The notes beneath the pieces were generated by a model that searched no databases, was not told the origin of the DNA, and was given only the letters and a program-made list of their open reading frames with translations. Shown one piece after another: positions 1 to 14,148 of a stretch of DNA of 64,000 nucleotides. The position numbers and the translations under genes are program-made. The stretch is from assembly GCA_001600815.1 (NCBI GenBank), contig BCKZ01000028.1:124001-188000 (forward strand), in the 5' to 3' direction. Position 1 is the first letter of the stretch; every line of letters starts with the position of its first letter. The DNA comes from Alloascoidea hylecoeti (lineage: Eukaryota).

Positions 1-480
1 AGGAATATTATATTTTCAAACACTCCAGGCCATTAGAGTTTCGCTCAAACACTGTAATGAAATGTTGAACCCAATTGCAATTGCAAATGTATTCTTTAAA
101 ACAGTTCTCTAAAACGATTGCTTCTTTGTGATATTCTCTTAAATTTATATATATCGTAATGTTACCCGTCAGTTATTACGTATATGAATGATAATATTGT
201 ATACATGTAGTAATGACACTTCTAAAGAATAGCCTCTTGCCTTTGGAAATAGAATTGGGTATTTCTAAGTTCCACAGCCAAAATTGGAGATTTAAATATC
301 ATCATCGATAAACTTCAAAATATATAGTTTATTTTATACTAAATTTTTATTTACAAATCAAGTTAATTTCAATAATCATAAAACATTTCAGCTTTATATA
401 ACATTATATCATTTCATAGTAACATTTTTATGTTTTTTTTCATTGTAACCATTACTTTAGTTCCCTTTAAAAAAATGAGA

Positions 481-2143
481 TTAAACATTCTCATTTTTAC
501 TCCCATTTTCAAGATGACTGATTTCAGGTTTATTTTTTCCAATTTCCATGAAAGCTTGATCCAAATCATCAGTAACTTTATCACCAAAAACAACTGCAAC
601 TTCTTCTAAAGTATAACCCCTTGTTTCTGGGAACAAGAAGTAAACAATAACAATTTCAACGGCTAACCAACAAGTCCAAACAATATAGTATTTCCATGAA
701 ATAGCATCCATAGCAACAGGATTAACAAACCCAGAAAAGATTAATACTAGATAAGTAACCATGGTGTAAATAGTCATTCCTTTGGAACGAAGTGAGAATG
801 GAAGAATTTCAGACATATATAAATTTGGTAATCCACATAATCCACTATCATAAGCAAAATAATATAAGAAAATCATTGCAAGAACACCTTGACCTAATGA
901 TTTATCTTCGAAATTCCGTTTTTCATTAATAGCTGATAGTACTGTCCAGACCAAGTAACAAATAAGCATTGCAACCGTACTAAACAAAAACATAACTCTT
1001 CTACCAACACGATTAACAAAAAATGGAGCCATTAATGCAACACCTTGATTATAAATCATAAGACCACCATTGATAATCAATTGTCTTGGAGCAGATGTAA
1101 TACCAATACTGTTTAAAACCTTATTCATATAATAACTAACCAAACTATTACCAGAAAGTTGTTGTAAAATAGGAACGAAACAACAAAGTGTTAATCTAAG
1201 TCTATTTCCTTTAGTAGAAAAGAAAGTTGAATAACTTGTATCACTATGAGATTTTTCAAATTCAATAGCAGATGAAATTTCAGCTAATTGAAAATCAATG
1301 AAAACACCACAACGATCTTCATCACCACCACCATGCCATTTCATTAACATTTCTCTAGCTTCATTTATCCTACCTTTTGATACTAAGAATCTAGGACTCT
1401 CTGGAACCCAATAAATAAACATTAATTGAATGACAACAAAAGTACCTTGTAAAATACTAAGAGCTCTCCAAGCCCAAGAAGTATTTCCTAAATAATAACA
1501 ACCAAATGTAGCCCAAGAAGCAAGAATAGCACCAGAATACCATAAAGTATTAAAACAAGCTGTAACTATTTCTCTATGGGTTGGATAAGCAATTTCAGTT
1601 AATAGTGGAACAGACGCTATAGCAGCTAACGTAGCACCAGCACCAATGACAATTCTTCCAACTATGAAGCAGGCATAACCATTTGCAGCAGATTGAATAA
1701 TAATTCCAGCAACCATAATAATATCACCAATAATAATACAAGGCTTTCTACCATATGTATCTGATAACCAAGGAGCAAACCAACAGGTGATGAAAAATCC
1801 AAAACTCATACCTTAAAATAGATGTTAGTAAACTATTCATATAATATTTAAATTTAAAGAATATAAACTTACCATTACTCATAGCACCTAAAACAGCACC
1901 TTGAGGTTTTCCCATATCATTAGACCATTTAGCAACAGATTGTAAACCATTTAACATAGAACTATCATAACCACTTGTTGTTGAACTAACCATTATTATT
2001 ATTAAAGTAAGATTCAATTTTAAAAGATGAGGAACCCGATACCATGGCTTATCATAATTTGGCATATAATCAAGTAATGATTGATGTGGTTTAGCTACTG
2101 CTTTTTCTGGATCTGAAGGAATCGATTCGTTTGAATCGCTCAT
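481..2143 (-). CDS. MFS sugar porter, LAC12/cellodextrin-transporter-like; two exons (2143-1873, 1811-481), 533 aa
   Basis: ORFs 1748..2143 and 481..1809 join through a 61-nt intron to give GAMSNGMSFGFF, colinear with the intronless paralog (GALSNGIYFGYF). Sugar-porter motifs: GYDSSMLNGLQ, DTYGRK, PESPRFL, QQLSGN, GRR, PETRG. Confidence 0.95.
1812..1872 (-). other. Spliceosomal intron, 61 nt, phase 1
   Basis: GTAAGT donor at 1872, TACTAAC branch point at 1830-1824, TTTTAAG acceptor ending at 1812. Removal restores the frame and homology to the paralog. Confidence 0.95.
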
Positions 2144-2699
2144 TTTTTATTATTATAATGAATTGTAATAGAATTTGAATAAATATGTTTTTTTTGTTTT
2201 AGAGAAATCATTAATATTTATACAGAAATTATAGATATAGTTATTAATATCTTTAAGATGATCGCTTTTCTTTTTTTAATATCTTACAAGTATTATTCTT
2301 CAATTTGCTGCTAATTAACTTTTCAACTTAACATTATATGCATTAAAAAATAAGTATTAATGCCTATAATAGATAGCAACACATCTGATTTTGAAATTAT
2401 TTAACATCGTAGCCTGGCTGATAATATGTGTGTGTGTTAAATGAATATGTATGATAGATGTCAAATAATTTAGCTGATAAGCAATATAATCCTAACGGAT
2501 CATGGATATAATTTACCGACTCTAGAAGAATGGTGGGGTAGGTGCAAAATTTGTACATCTGTATCTAGGATAGACGTTCGTTGTTCAATGAGTGAACTGC
2601 AGACTCCCAGTTCACTGTTAAATGTTTAGTGTTCACTATGTTAATCTTTTCATAATTGCATCGTTTCTAAATTTCGGCAGTCTGGATCGATCCCACTGA

Positions 2700-3320
2700 G
2701 CATAAATTTACATTGTATTTTACATTGTTTTTTCTGATAATCCCTTCATGTGTGTTGTGTTATATCCAACACACCATGAATATATTTTGTAGAATCTGGA
2801 AAAAATTTTGGGGTAGTTGCATCCGTGGCTAGGATCTATCTGGATACTATCTAAATATTTTTCATGATTGCATCTGTTACAAGTTCCGGAAGTGTGACAT
2901 CCCAATGGTTTCAAATTGTGTTTTCTAATAATAACATTTTAAGTGTCGTGTAAGTTTCCTAAGAGCTAAGGATATATTTTATAAATTCTGGAGGATCGAT
3001 GGGGAAGATACATCTCGTATCTGAGACCCAAGTTTCTATGGTATTATTTCTACAGTTGTATCTATTGCAAGCTTTGGTATATAGTCTTGACTCTTAAGCC
3101 TTGACATTGTAAATTGTAATAACCCTCCCTTTTTGTGTGTTACTTTATAATCCCAACATTCCATGTATGTAGTTTATTAAGTCCGGGGGATTGATGGGGT
3201 AGATGCATCCCGAATTCAGGATATTATATTAATATTTTTACCATCGCAAGCTTCGGGAATCGGGATATAACACAACATTTATATTGTCTTTCTTAATAAT
3301 CTCTTTCTATGTGTAGTTCT
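2700..3320. repeat. Degenerate ~190-bp tandem repeat (about 3 units) upstream of the sugar porter
   Basis: GGGGtagttgcatccg at 2810, GGGGaagatacatctcg at 3001 and GGGGtagatgcatcccg at 3196 (spacings 191 and 195). Shared flanking blocks include acattgt..taat.cc.t...tgtgt and gcaagctt.gg. Confidence 0.6.
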
Positions 3321-5526
3321 ATAGGTAGAAATATTGCAGCTTTTATTAATTAAGATTCAACTCCAGATATATAAGCTTGAATAACGATATCGTATGTATT
3401 GAAATAACTATTATATCATTATAAATCTGCAGATAAATCGATAATTCAGAGAGTTTAACTTAACATTTATGCAGGGCTTTACACTATACTTGAAATTAAA
3501 TGGGTAGAATTTGCCGGGCGGTTAACAAAATTTATATTATATACGCATTTCAGAAAGATTAATGACACATATAAATGAAAAAATAACTAAGTAAATTATA
3601 AAAGAATATTATTAAAAGCCCCGCTTAATACTCCTTTTCCTACTATGCAAGTCAGCATTTTTATTGTTAAAAAGTTTTCAATTTAAAATTCTAAGCTTAA
3701 ATTTAAGAGAAATTTGTTATCAACAATCGATCATCATCAGTTTTTGGACTCATTTTTATCATGAATTTTTTTTTTGTATATGTTTAATATCTCATATCGC
3801 AACCGAAAACATTAAGGTAGTGATGTTGTGAAACTTATGATATAAATTGAACAAATTTTTTAAAAGGTTACAAATTTCCAGCATTTAACAACAAAATTAA
3901 TTACGCCGTTAACATATATTCAAGGTTGTTATATTGCCGGATTAACTCTATCCAAAGCGTTCTGTATCTCCACATAATTTATGCAGATGATTAATATTCA
4001 TCTTTATTTAAAGTATTGATTACTGAAGTTTATCATAATTTCCCGTCAGGAGGGCCGGGAAGAATCTTATTAATAGATCCAGGTAAATCCACCAATCACT
4101 CTTCATTTGGCTCTGTCGATATTTTTAATGAATAAATTTGCATGTCTCATATCATTACAGTGTAGCTTGATAAAATATACACAAGTACTAGTACATATAC
4201 TTAACGAAACAATGAAAATTAAAATACAACTCTATCAAAAACGTTGTCTGAGGGGTCAAAAAAACACAATATTCAATAGCTTAACCAAATTACGAACTTT
4301 CGAATGTATTCAATGATTACTATCAGGACCCTTCACTTTGTCCCCAGCTCCAGTGATGACTTGTTATAGATTAAAATTTTCACTTGTATAAGCTTAGCCT
4401 AAGAACTTGATATACTGAATTTTATTAAAGATTCAAAATGGAAATTTTACAATCGGATATGTCCTTAAGTTTCTATCCGTTTTGGGATACAACTTCAGAT
4501 AATAATGGCGCCATATTATAAAAAGCAACTGAATAATCTACAAACTCCTAAACTGTTGTTAAAACAGCGCATAATGTAATGTTTCGTAAATTCTACAGAT
4601 TAATCTATTACATAAAAAGATATTTTAAATTTAATACTTGATGTTTTAACCCTTTAACCTTATAAATGGCTGTTTTGACTGAGAAGAAATAGAAAGCGTA
4701 GAGAATCACATCCAAGAAGTAGATTTAGTACTTCTTCAATACTAATTGCTAACTACGTAACTATCTCTAAAGAAAATTAATCTGAATAATAATAATCATT
4801 CATTAATACTGTTTTATTAACGGCAGGCACTTTAGTAGGAGGTATGGAGTGTTCGGAACCGGATTCTGTAAGCGTCGAGCATAAATAAAACACCATCTTA
4901 AACGTCTCGATATCATTCAATATATCTTTAAGTCATATCCTTCTATTCCTTTCAGTCTTTTCATTCAGATAAGACCTTTTAGATACCGAAAATATTTTAT
5001 ATTCATGGTTTTACAATGGTTCTTAGGGTGGTCTTTGATATTTTAACACTGGACTTTCAAACCAGCTTATCAAACGTGTGCCATATCCAAGGTGATCTAA
5101 CAATTCCCAGAATTTAATTTACCACCCTTTTAGTAAGTTATACAGGCTCTCTCATCCGAAGAGATGCTACACCTGAAGAATTGTTGGTGCAATCAACCAT
5201 CGGTTTAAGGGTTAATATTAAACCTTCTTTTTGGAATAGTATTGTTGCATATAAGGTTGGAATATAATTTGTGTTGCAGGTTTGATTTGGTTTCCGTCTA
5301 CAGAATAATAGTTGTAATAAATATGTTGATTAATAGAAATTTGAATATATATTAGTCCGGTAAAAAATTGAGATTCACAAATATAAATAGAAACACAATT
5401 GCAAAAATAGACACAAACACAACTGAAAAACAAAATAATAATCACTTTGTAAGAAAACAACACAACTAAAATTCAAAAGAAGATTTCTAGTAACTGATCA
5501 TCTTAAAATGAAACTAGAGGTAAATT

Positions 5527-6201
5527 TTACAACTCAGCTGCAAGACCAAAAAAACCAATTTTCAGAGATTGTACCTTTACGCTGATTTTCATTGTAAATT
5601 TTTTCATTTCTAAAATTAACAAGTATTTATTCTCTTCCTTTCCAAAAATTAAACCAATTTTTACTGAGATAGGTTGTTCATTATTTTCTAGATAATAAAC
5701 TTTTTTAATATCGTTAGCTCTGGTAATCGCGTATCCTTGATACACATGATCTTCATCCAGATTTAAAGAGTCCGGTAATTTAAAATAATCAAAACGTGAG
5801 CCTTTTATTTTATATTCTGGTTGAATTACATGGGTTACTAATAATTTTCTATTGGCATTAGTTTTAACTGAATCTGAATGTGTATATACATGCTTTTTGA
5901 AAGTTAATTGGGTGGACAGAATGGGAAAATCAGTTATCACAAGGTATGGGATTTGACCATTTTTGTGGTTGATTTCGATCACTTTGAATCAATACTTCTG
6001 CTCTCATTCTGAAAACTATTTTTTGGTTTTGATATATGAATGTGTTTCTTTGATTTTTTTACAATTCACAATTGATTCGGGAACATCAGCAGCTGACCTT
6101 TTCAAAATACCTTTAGTACTTTAATTATGTTGTGGTGAAGTTTGTCCGGTATTCTTATCTTGATCTTGATCAATTACTGAAATTAAACGAGCTTTTTCCA
6201 T
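5527..6201 (-). pseudogene. Decayed gene of unknown family, divergent from BPH1
   Basis: The 151-aa GTG-started ORF is in frame with an ATG at 6201 (MEKARLISVIDQ...), with four stop codons in the 73 intervening codons. Protein-like sequence seems to continue in other frames toward ~4800. Confidence 0.4.
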
Positions 6202-6411
6202 AGTTATATGATATATTTAATATTTATTGTAAACTGGAGGTATTCCGGAACCTAGGTGTAGTTATATACGGGGCTCGACCACTGATATGACACGCACGTG
6301 CCATCGGATTACGGATCAAAGGGTGTTTGGTGGTTTTCAGGGTGAGACAACGGAGAAAAAACAATCAGGACATCACATCAGAATAATTCTTCTCCTTGAA
6401 AACATCCGAAG

Positions 6412-9400
6412 ATGAACATTCAGGAGGTATTAGAGGCAATTCTTTTGCCCAGCTCTGATCCGAGGGTTGATCCGTTGCCCCCATCACTCGAACTATTGGC
6501 TAAACAAATCGAATGTCGTGAGATTGGAGTTAGTGAAGCTTTGAGAAGGTGTGAGATCAGGGATGATCTGGACTGTTCTGTTCTACTGAAGTTTTTAGAA
6601 GCACACGACACGGCCAAAGAAGAAGAAGATCAGATGGAAATGGTCATATTTATGGAGATTATCGAACAATTGGCCCAAGATCCTTTTCTGTGTGGACAAT
6701 TGCAACCGATCAGGAGGCGATTGGTACGACTTATGCCCAGTTGTGACCACTGCTACGGGGCTGTTGTTGGGTTGTCGCATTGGTTCCAGACCCCTGAAAC
6801 CCTCAGAGATTTGTGTTACCCGGCGGCCACGGCGCACGTGCAGCTCTTGGGGGATCTCACCAAGCTGGATGTCATCGAGGAACCCGTCAAGTCTTTCAGT
6901 GCTCTTCATTTGCATTTCACCTCCCAGAACCCTTTGACTAATAGTACTGTGGGGATTGGAGTATGGTTAAGAACAACCCATTTCCTGACTTTCCCCATAT
7001 TGGAAATATTGGGTTTAGTATCTGTTGGTGTGGTTAATGGTTATTTTACTGTTGAACAACAACATCAACAAATTTTATTTTCTGCTTATCTATTGGATCC
7101 AAATAAACTTTATCATGCTTATTTCTTGATCACAAGAGACGTTGTTGAATTATATATTAATGGCTCATTTGTTGAAGTATTGAATTTTAAATTTGTTATA
7201 CCTAAAACTTTACAAAAGAAAAAATTAACCGTTGAAATTACTTCTGATGAATATCAATTTATTTCATTTTTAATGAATCAATCAAATATTGAAAAATCAA
7301 TGATTCATTTAATTTATTGTGTTGGTTGTAATTATACTGGTGATTATCAAGATAATTTATCACAATTTATTCCATTATCAAAAAAAGCTCTTCATAGTAT
7401 AAAATATAAATATAATACCAATATTAATAATAATTTGAATAATAGTATGAATAATAATGGTAATTCAATGAAAAAAGGAATTGCATTAGAAAATATTTTA
7501 TTTAATGTTCATGCTCAAATGTTAGCATCAAATCAAAAATTTAATACTTTATTAATATCTGAAATCATTTATAGTCTTGGTGGCATATCATTATTATTAA
7601 AATTAGTTGAAAATTCAACAACAATATTATCATTAATTAATTCAATTACTTTATTATTTAATTGTATTAATCTTGATGTTAAATTATCAAATGAAATGTT
7701 AGATTTAAAAGGTTATGATATTTTAGCAACTATTTTAAAAGTTAAAAAGAAAAATAATCCATCATTAGTTGGTTTAGAAATTTTAGAATGTATACTTGGT
7801 TTTATTGGTTATAATTTTAATTCTTTAATTGATTCAATTTATATTAATATTGATGCTTATAAATCATTAATTATTGAATTAGATATTTGGAAATCAATGC
7901 CACCTGAATCTGAATCTGAATCTGAACAAAATCATGATCATATTGAAGTTACCTCTGCTGCTTCTGCATCAACAAATTATTATGATGCTTATGAAGAAGA
8001 TGATGAAGAAGATGATTTTATACCACCTTCAAAAGCAGGTGATGAAACTTTTCAATTTTTATTATTTCAATATACTGTTTTTTTTCAAATTTCAAGATAT
8101 TCAGATTATAATATTGCAAAAATAAGTAAATTACGATTATTTAAAAGATTTATACAATGTTTAAAAAATGAAAATTTTATACCTTTACCACCATCAACAA
8201 ATTTAAATCAATTAGAAGAAAATATTAATGATATAAAATCAATTAAATCTTCAAATTCAAATTCAAAGTCTTTAATTCCTATTACAGCTGCTCAAAATAA
8301 AGTTGAAAATTTTGATTATACATCTATACAAAATACATTATATTTATTATTAAAAATAAACCCATCATTTGATTCATTTAAATCATTATCATTTTTTATA
8401 ATTTATTTATTATCAAAACCTGTCATAATTGATTCTTCAAATTCAAAAAATATAAATGATTCTTTAAATTTAGCAATAACTTGTTTAAAATCGATAATTT
8501 CATTTTTATATGAAAATTTAGATAATTCAAATAATAATATTATTAATATGAATGGTAATTCATCATCATCAAATTCAATTAATAGTAATAATATTACTAC
8601 TGCTAATAATGATATCATAACAAAATTAACAAAATCATTTTCAATTAATTATTTATTAAATTTATTATCATTACATATACCAATTATTTCATCAATGGTT
8701 TTACAAATTTTATTACTTATATTTAAATCATTAGATTCAACAATTTATTTAAATTTTTTAAATAAAAATTCAAAATTTAATTTATTAATAATTAAAAATG
8801 AAATTAATTCATTATTTGATTATAAAATTTTATTATCATTATGGCAATTGATTTCTGGAAATTATCAATCAATGATTGAAATTTCAAATGAAATTAATGA
8901 TTTTAATGATTTAAAGAAATATTTAAAAAATTTTAATGAATTTAATAATAATTTTGATGATGATGATGATATTGTTTATTTAGAATTTTGGAGTGTTTTA
9001 ACAAAAATGGTTGAAAAACAAGTTGCAATTGTTAAAGAAAATTCAAATTCAAATTCACATACACATTCAAATATAAATAAAGATTCTGATTCAAATTTAT
9101 CAAAATTAATTGATTTTATTTGTGATTTAATAGATATTATTAAAAATAATAAAAAATTAAATGAAATTGGAAAAATTGGAAAAATACACAACATTGGTTT
9201 TAATTCAATTTTTTTAAAACAACTAAGTTTAATTTTAACAATTTTAAAAATTAATACCTTTAAAAATTTTAATTTAATTGATTTAAATTTTGAAAAATTA
9301 AATAATAAAATTTCTCAATTGTTTATTGAAAATATAAAATCTTTATCATCATCATCATCTAAAAAAAATAATAATAATTCACAATTTATTGAATTTAATT

Positions 9401-12400
9401 CATGGTTTAATTATAAAAATCAAACTATTGATAATGATGGTATACCAAATTTAAACTTTTATGATATTTTTATACATTTAACTTTTAAAGGAATAATTAA
9501 TAAATTAAATGAACAATTATTGGATGATGATATAAAAGATAAAGATGATATTGATTGTTTATTAGAATGGAATTCAATTATTAATATATCTCAATTTATT
9601 TCAATTTGTATTAAAGTTTATCATTTTGATTCAAATTCAAATTCAAGTAACAACAATTTTATGAATAATCATAAATCTTCATTAAATCTTTCATTAAATA
9701 ATTCAAAATTTGGAAATAATAATGATAATAATTGTTTAGGTTTAAAAGAATTAAGAGGTCTGGTAAACATTGCATCAATAATTCTTGAGAAAGTTGAAAT
9801 TAATGATTCAAAAAGTAGTATGACTAATTCAATTACAAGTTTAAATAATGTTTTAAAAAGTGCTGCTAAAAAAGAAGAAGAAGAAGAAGAAGAAGAATCA
9901 ACATTTATGAAATTAACTTCTAGATTTACTAATAGTTTTTTCAATCCAACAAATTTAACAATTTCAACTTCAAATACAACTTCAAATTCTGTTCCAAATT
10001 CACCTTTAAATCAAATTAAAAGTGCAAGTTTTAATTCTAATTATGGAAATAATTTAAATAAAAGAATTAATAATAGATCAAAAAAGACAAAGTTATTAAT
10101 TTTAAATGATCTGAAAGAATTATTAGGAAAATTATTACTTAATTTATCATATGAAACATTAAAATGTAGTAATAATGGTAATATGAAAGCAATAACAATT
10201 GGTAATGGTGGTATTAAAGCAATTGAAGAATATTGTTTTATTTTAAATTATAGACAAGCATTAATTTTTCAAAAGGATGGTGGTGTTTGTAATGATGAAA
10301 TTGTTACTAAAATTATTTCAATTTTACTTTATTTTGTTGATTTTTTTCATAAAATAAATGAATTTCAATCAGAATCGAAAAAATCTGCTATTTATAATGA
10401 TAGTAATAGTAATATTAATACTAGTCCATTGATTTCATCTTGTCTTAATACTATTAGAACAATTTTCATCCATAAACAACAAAATTTAACTCAAATTTCC
10501 TCAATTCTTGCAAATTCAATATCACCACCAACTGGTAGAACAACAGGAGATAATAAACATATTTCAATTTTATTTGATAAATTATGTAACGTCATATTAA
10601 CAAATGATAATTCTAAATTCCAAGAATGGGCTACAAAACATGGAATCTTTGGAATACTTCAAGGTTGTTTCATGTCGTTATTACCGACTTTTTCAACGAC
10701 TTCTACATCCCAATTAATTCAAAATCAAAGTATAACTAGATTACGTTCAAGATCAAGATCACATTCTTTACCAACTCCAATTCATAATAAACCTGTTGAT
10801 GAAAGTGTTATGTGGTTAAAATTTTTAAAAGAAAATTCACCTAATCCAATTAAATTAAAACAAATCCTTGATACTTATCATAATGAATCAATATCATCTA
10901 GGTATATCATATTAGATCATGAACAAGCCCGTTATTATAGACATTTACAAGATCATGAAGATGATGTTTTATATTATGTTGCTGAATATAATAAAATGAA
11001 ACAAGAATTAAAAAGATTAGGAAATAATCTTAATTATGATAATGATAAATCAGACGATATAAATTATTCATTAGATTATATTGAAGGTAAAGATAGAATA
11101 AGAAAAGTTATGATAAGACATCAAGAATTAGATGAAGTTTTGCCATATCAAGTTGATGTTGATCAATTTAAAATTAAACCATCTCAATCATCAGGACAAA
11201 ATGATTCTGAACAAGGTGATGAAAGTACATTAGTATCAAATTCAAGTATTGAAGAACAAAAACCAAGCAAATCAGATCTTTTAGATAATAAACAAAACAA
11301 TATTGATGTTATTGAAACTGATGAAGATGGATTTGAAATTGTTTCGAACTCTGAACCAACTGATCAAAATTTAATACCACAAGAAGATAGAAATAGAAAA
11401 GTTTTAAGATCTTTAAATAAATCAGATACTGTTAATGATCTATGGAATGTTAGCCATGTTATTGGTTTAGAAATTGTGGAAGGCTTATTAATTTGTGGAA
11501 AAACACATCTATACTTGATTGATAATTATTTTCATTGTAAAGATGGCGAGATTGTTGATGTTGAAAATGCACCAATGGAATATCGTGATTCATACCTTAA
11601 ATTATTATCATCTATCCCAGCTAATAAGCATCATAGCAATGCTTCTTCAGATGCAAGTTCAAATTCAAATTCTTCAGGAGGATCAAATCATCATAATAAC
11701 CCATCAACAAGTACAAGTGCTTCAAATGAAAAAATTGATCCCAAAAATTCTCAAAAAATCTTACACAAAAGAAGAGCATGGCAATTTGAAGGTTTTGTTG
11801 CATTAGTTAAAAGACAATTCTTATTACGTGATATTGGTCTTGAATTATTTTTCAAAAATGGCAGTAGTTTATTTATCACTTGCTTAAACGTTAAACATAG
11901 AGATTTGATTTATCGAACTTTAGCATCAAAAGTTCTTCCTTCAATAATTAATAATCCAGGTGTTAGTCTAGCTGGTCCAATCATGGGGTCACTGCCAAAT
12001 GGAGGAAGTAATCTAAAATCTTTTGATGAAGAATTGTCATTAGTATTAGGAATTATTAATAATCAAACAATAATATCACAACATTCATCTATTGGTTCAA
12101 AACTTGCCAATGCTTTTAATAACTCTTTGAATAATAATTATAATCTTAATGGAATTTTACAAATCACTAAAAAGTGGCAACAAGGAGACATTTCAAACTT
12201 TTATTATTTAATGTTGATCAATACATTAGCAGGAAGAACATTTAATGATTTAACTCAATATCCTGTATTCCCATGGGTTATAGCTGATTATACAAGTGAT
12301 GTGCTTGATCTTGATGATCCTAAAACATTCCGAGATTTATCAAAACCAATGGGTGCACAAACTCCAAATCGTGAAGCAATATTTAAAGAGAGATATGAAG

Positions 12401-14148
12401 CATTACAATCATTAGATGATCCAAATTGTCCTCCTCCTTTCCATTATGGAACTCATTATTCATCCGCTATGATTGTAACTAGTTTCTTAATCCGTCTTGA
12501 ACCTTATGTTCAATCATATCTGTTGTTACAAGGTGGTAAATTTGATCATGCTGATCGTTTATTTTATTCTGTTCCAAAAGCATGGAAATCATCATCAAGT
12601 GAAGATAATAGCTCAGATGTAAGAGAATTGATTCCTGAATTTTATTATCTACCCGAATTTTTAATAAATTCAAATGATTTTAACTTTGGTGAATTACAAA
12701 GTTCAAAAAATGGTAAAAAAATTAATGATGTTGAATTACCACCATGGGCACATAATGATCCAAAATTATTCATAATGAAAAATAGAGAAGCTTTAGAAAG
12801 TAAATATGTTTCTGAACATCTTGCTGAATGGATTGATTTGATTTTTGGATATAAACAATTAGGTGAAGCTGCTATTGATGCTACCAATGTTTTCCATTAT
12901 TTAAGTTATAGAGGAGCCATTGATTTAGATTCTATTGTTGATGATGTTGAGAGACAAGCAACCATTGGGATTATTCATAATTTTGGACAAACTCCTATTC
13001 AGGTTTTCAATAAACCTCACCCTCAAAGAGAAGTTTTGGATGCATTATCTTTTGGTAATAATGTGATACTAGAAAACAGTGGGTGGGTTATAAATGAAAC
13101 ATTCGGATATGATGAACCAATTAAAGTATTAAAATGGACTAATAATCCTACTCATAACGATGTAAATATGAATGGGAAGGAATGGTTAGGTGGTAATATG
13201 ACATTTGGTTGTGATTTGTATGAAAATATAACTATTGCCCAAGCTTATCTTAATACAACCGGTCTAATGATTAACAGTTATCTATTTGATCAACTCCATA
13301 ATGATGATATTACAACTGTTGTTCAAATCGATGAAAAAACAATTGTCACTGGTAGTAAGGACTGTTTATTACAAGTTTGGAGAATAACATTCCCAGATAA
13401 TAATGATATAAGTAATGTTACTATTAATGGAAATAGACCGCGTGCAAGATCTCGTTCTGCAGTCAATCCAAGTAGTGCAATTTCTGGGGGTAGATCAAGA
13501 AGTTCATCACTTACACTTGGATTTGGTAAAAAATTACAAAAAGTTCCTATTGTTGAGCTTGTTTCAGTACTTCGAGGACATGTCTCAAGTATTAAAGAAA
13601 TTAAATCAGTCCCCAGGTTTAATGTTATTGTTTCTTTATCTGAAGATGGTGTTGTTTTTGTTTGGGATGTTGCACGTTTCAAATTTATAAGGAGATTAGG
13701 ACAAATTAATGAGAAATATGAGCATATTGCCATGTTCGAACAGGATGCTATGATTGCATGCAGTTATGATAATACAAAATTATCTACTTTTACAATTAAT
13801 GGTGAGCATGTCATAACACAAGATCTTCGAAAAAATGAAGATTCAACTGATATCATTACAAGTATTGAATTTGGATCACGTGTTAATGCTGATGATCATT
13901 CATATTGGTATAATGATTGTACATTGATTACTGGCTGGAGTCATCAGATTAGAATATACGGATTAAATTCAGGTATCGAGGATGGTAAATGGAATTGGAA
14001 CCTATTAACACAACTCCCACTTGTTAATATAGGGTCGGATGATAAAATTACTAGTGTTGGATTAAAATTAATTAAAGGTGGGAATTCTGATATCCAGAGT
14101 GTGATTGGTGTTGGGGATAATCATGGGAAGGTTTACACATGGAAATGA
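6412..14148 (+). CDS. BPH1: Beige/BEACH-domain protein (PH-BEACH-WD40), 2578 aa
   Basis: BEACH motifs [63 protein letters not shown] and NFGQTP; PH motif [15 protein letters not shown]-terminal WD repeats ([15 protein letters not shown]...VWD). Confidence 0.95.
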   Translation: MNIQEVLEAILLPSSDPRVDPLPPSLELLAKQIECREIGVSEALRRCEIRDDLDCSVLLKFLEAHDTAKEEEDQMEMVIFMEIIEQLAQDPFLCGQLQPIRRRLVRLMPSCDHCYGAVVGLSHWFQTPETLRDLCYPAATAHVQLLGDLTKLDVIEEPVKSFSALHLHFTSQNPLTNSTVGIGVWLRTTHFLTFPILEILGLVSVGVVNGYFTVEQQHQQILFSAYLLDPNKLYHAYFLITRDVVELYINGSFVEVLNFKFVIPKTLQKKKLTVEITSDEYQFISFLMNQSNIEKSMIHLIYCVGCNYTGDYQDNLSQFIPLSKKALHSIKYKYNTNINNNLNNSMNNNGNSMKKGIALENILFNVHAQMLASNQKFNTLLISEIIYSLGGISLLLKLVENSTTILSLINSITLLFNCINLDVKLSNEMLDLKGYDILATILKVKKKNNPSLVGLEILECILGFIGYNFNSLIDSIYINIDAYKSLIIELDIWKSMPPESESESEQNHDHIEVTSAASASTNYYDAYEEDDEEDDFIPPSKAGDETFQFLLFQYTVFFQISRYSDYNIAKISKLRLFKRFIQCLKNENFIPLPPSTNLNQLEENINDIKSIKSSNSNSKSLIPITAAQNKVENFDYTSIQNTLYLLLKINPSFDSFKSLSFFIIYLLSKPVIIDSSNSKNINDSLNLAITCLKSIISFLYENLDNSNNNIINMNGNSSSSNSINSNNITTANNDIITKLTKSFSINYLLNLLSLHIPIISSMVLQILLLIFKSLDSTIYLNFLNKNSKFNLLIIKNEINSLFDYKILLSLWQLISGNYQSMIEISNEINDFNDLKKYLKNFNEFNNNFDDDDDIVYLEFWSVLTKMVEKQVAIVKENSNSNSHTHSNINKDSDSNLSKLIDFICDLIDIIKNNKKLNEIGKIGKIHNIGFNSIFLKQLSLILTILKINTFKNFNLIDLNFEKLNNKISQLFIENIKSLSSSSSKKNNNNSQFIEFNSWFNYKNQTIDNDGIPNLNFYDIFIHLTFKGIINKLNEQLLDDDIKDKDDIDCLLEWNSIINISQFISICIKVYHFDSNSNSSNNNFMNNHKSSLNLSLNNSKFGNNNDNNCLGLKELRGLVNIASIILEKVEINDSKSSMTNSITSLNNVLKSAAKKEEEEEEEESTFMKLTSRFTNSFFNPTNLTISTSNTTSNSVPNSPLNQIKSASFNSNYGNNLNKRINNRSKKTKLLILNDLKELLGKLLLNLSYETLKCSNNGNMKAITIGNGGIKAIEEYCFILNYRQALIFQKDGGVCNDEIVTKIISILLYFVDFFHKINEFQSESKKSAIYNDSNSNINTSPLISSCLNTIRTIFIHKQQNLTQISSILANSISPPTGRTTGDNKHISILFDKLCNVILTNDNSKFQEWATKHGIFGILQGCFMSLLPTFSTTSTSQLIQNQSITRLRSRSRSHSLPTPIHNKPVDESVMWLKFLKENSPNPIKLKQILDTYHNESISSRYIILDHEQARYYRHLQDHEDDVLYYVAEYNKMKQELKRLGNNLNYDNDKSDDINYSLDYIEGKDRIRKVMIRHQELDEVLPYQVDVDQFKIKPSQSSGQNDSEQGDESTLVSNSSIEEQKPSKSDLLDNKQNNIDVIETDEDGFEIVSNSEPTDQNLIPQEDRNRKVLRSLNKSDTVNDLWNVSHVIGLEIVEGLLICGKTHLYLIDNYFHCKDGEIVDVENAPMEYRDSYLKLLSSIPANKHHSNASSDASSNSNSSGGSNHHNNPSTSTSASNEKIDPKNSQKILHKRRAWQFEGFVALVKRQFLLRDIGLELFFKNGSSLFITCLNVKHRDLIYRTLASKVLPSIINNPGVSLAGPIMGSLPNGGSNLKSFDEELSLVLGIINNQTIISQHSSIGSKLANAFNNSLNNNYNLNGILQITKKWQQGDISNFYYLMLINTLAGRTFNDLTQYPVFPWVIADYTSDVLDLDDPKTFRDLSKPMGAQTPNREAIFKERYEALQSLDDPNCPPPFHYGTHYSSAMIVTSFLIRLEPYVQSYLLLQGGKFDHADRLFYSVPKAWKSSSSEDNSSDVRELIPEFYYLPEFLINSNDFNFGELQSSKNGKKINDVELPPWAHNDPKLFIMKNREALESKYVSEHLAEWIDLIFGYKQLGEAAIDATNVFHYLSYRGAIDLDSIVDDVERQATIGIIHNFGQTPIQVFNKPHPQREVLDALSFGNNVILENSGWVINETFGYDEPIKVLKWTNNPTHNDVNMNGKEWLGGNMTFGCDLYENITIAQAYLNTTGLMINSYLFDQLHNDDITTVVQIDEKTIVTGSKDCLLQVWRITFPDNNDISNVTINGNRPRARSRSAVNPSSAISGGRSRSSSLTLGFGKKLQKVPIVELVSVLRGHVSSIKEIKSVPRFNVIVSLSEDGVVFVWDVARFKFIRRLGQINEKYEHIAMFEQDAMIACSYDNTKLSTFTINGEHVITQDLRKNEDSTDIITSIEFGSRVNADDHSYWYNDCTLITGWSHQIRIYGLNSGIEDGKWNWNLLTQLPLVNIGSDDKITSVGLKLIKGGNSDIQSVIGVGDNHGKVYTWK

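Noticed and set aside
1748..1872. C-terminal extension of the 131-aa ORF (KFIFFKFKYY...)
   Set aside because: It is read-through of the intron, not a separate gene.
6420..13733. Many short ORFs overlapping BPH1 and other long genes
   Set aside because: These are shadow ORFs on alternative frames or strands with no motifs.
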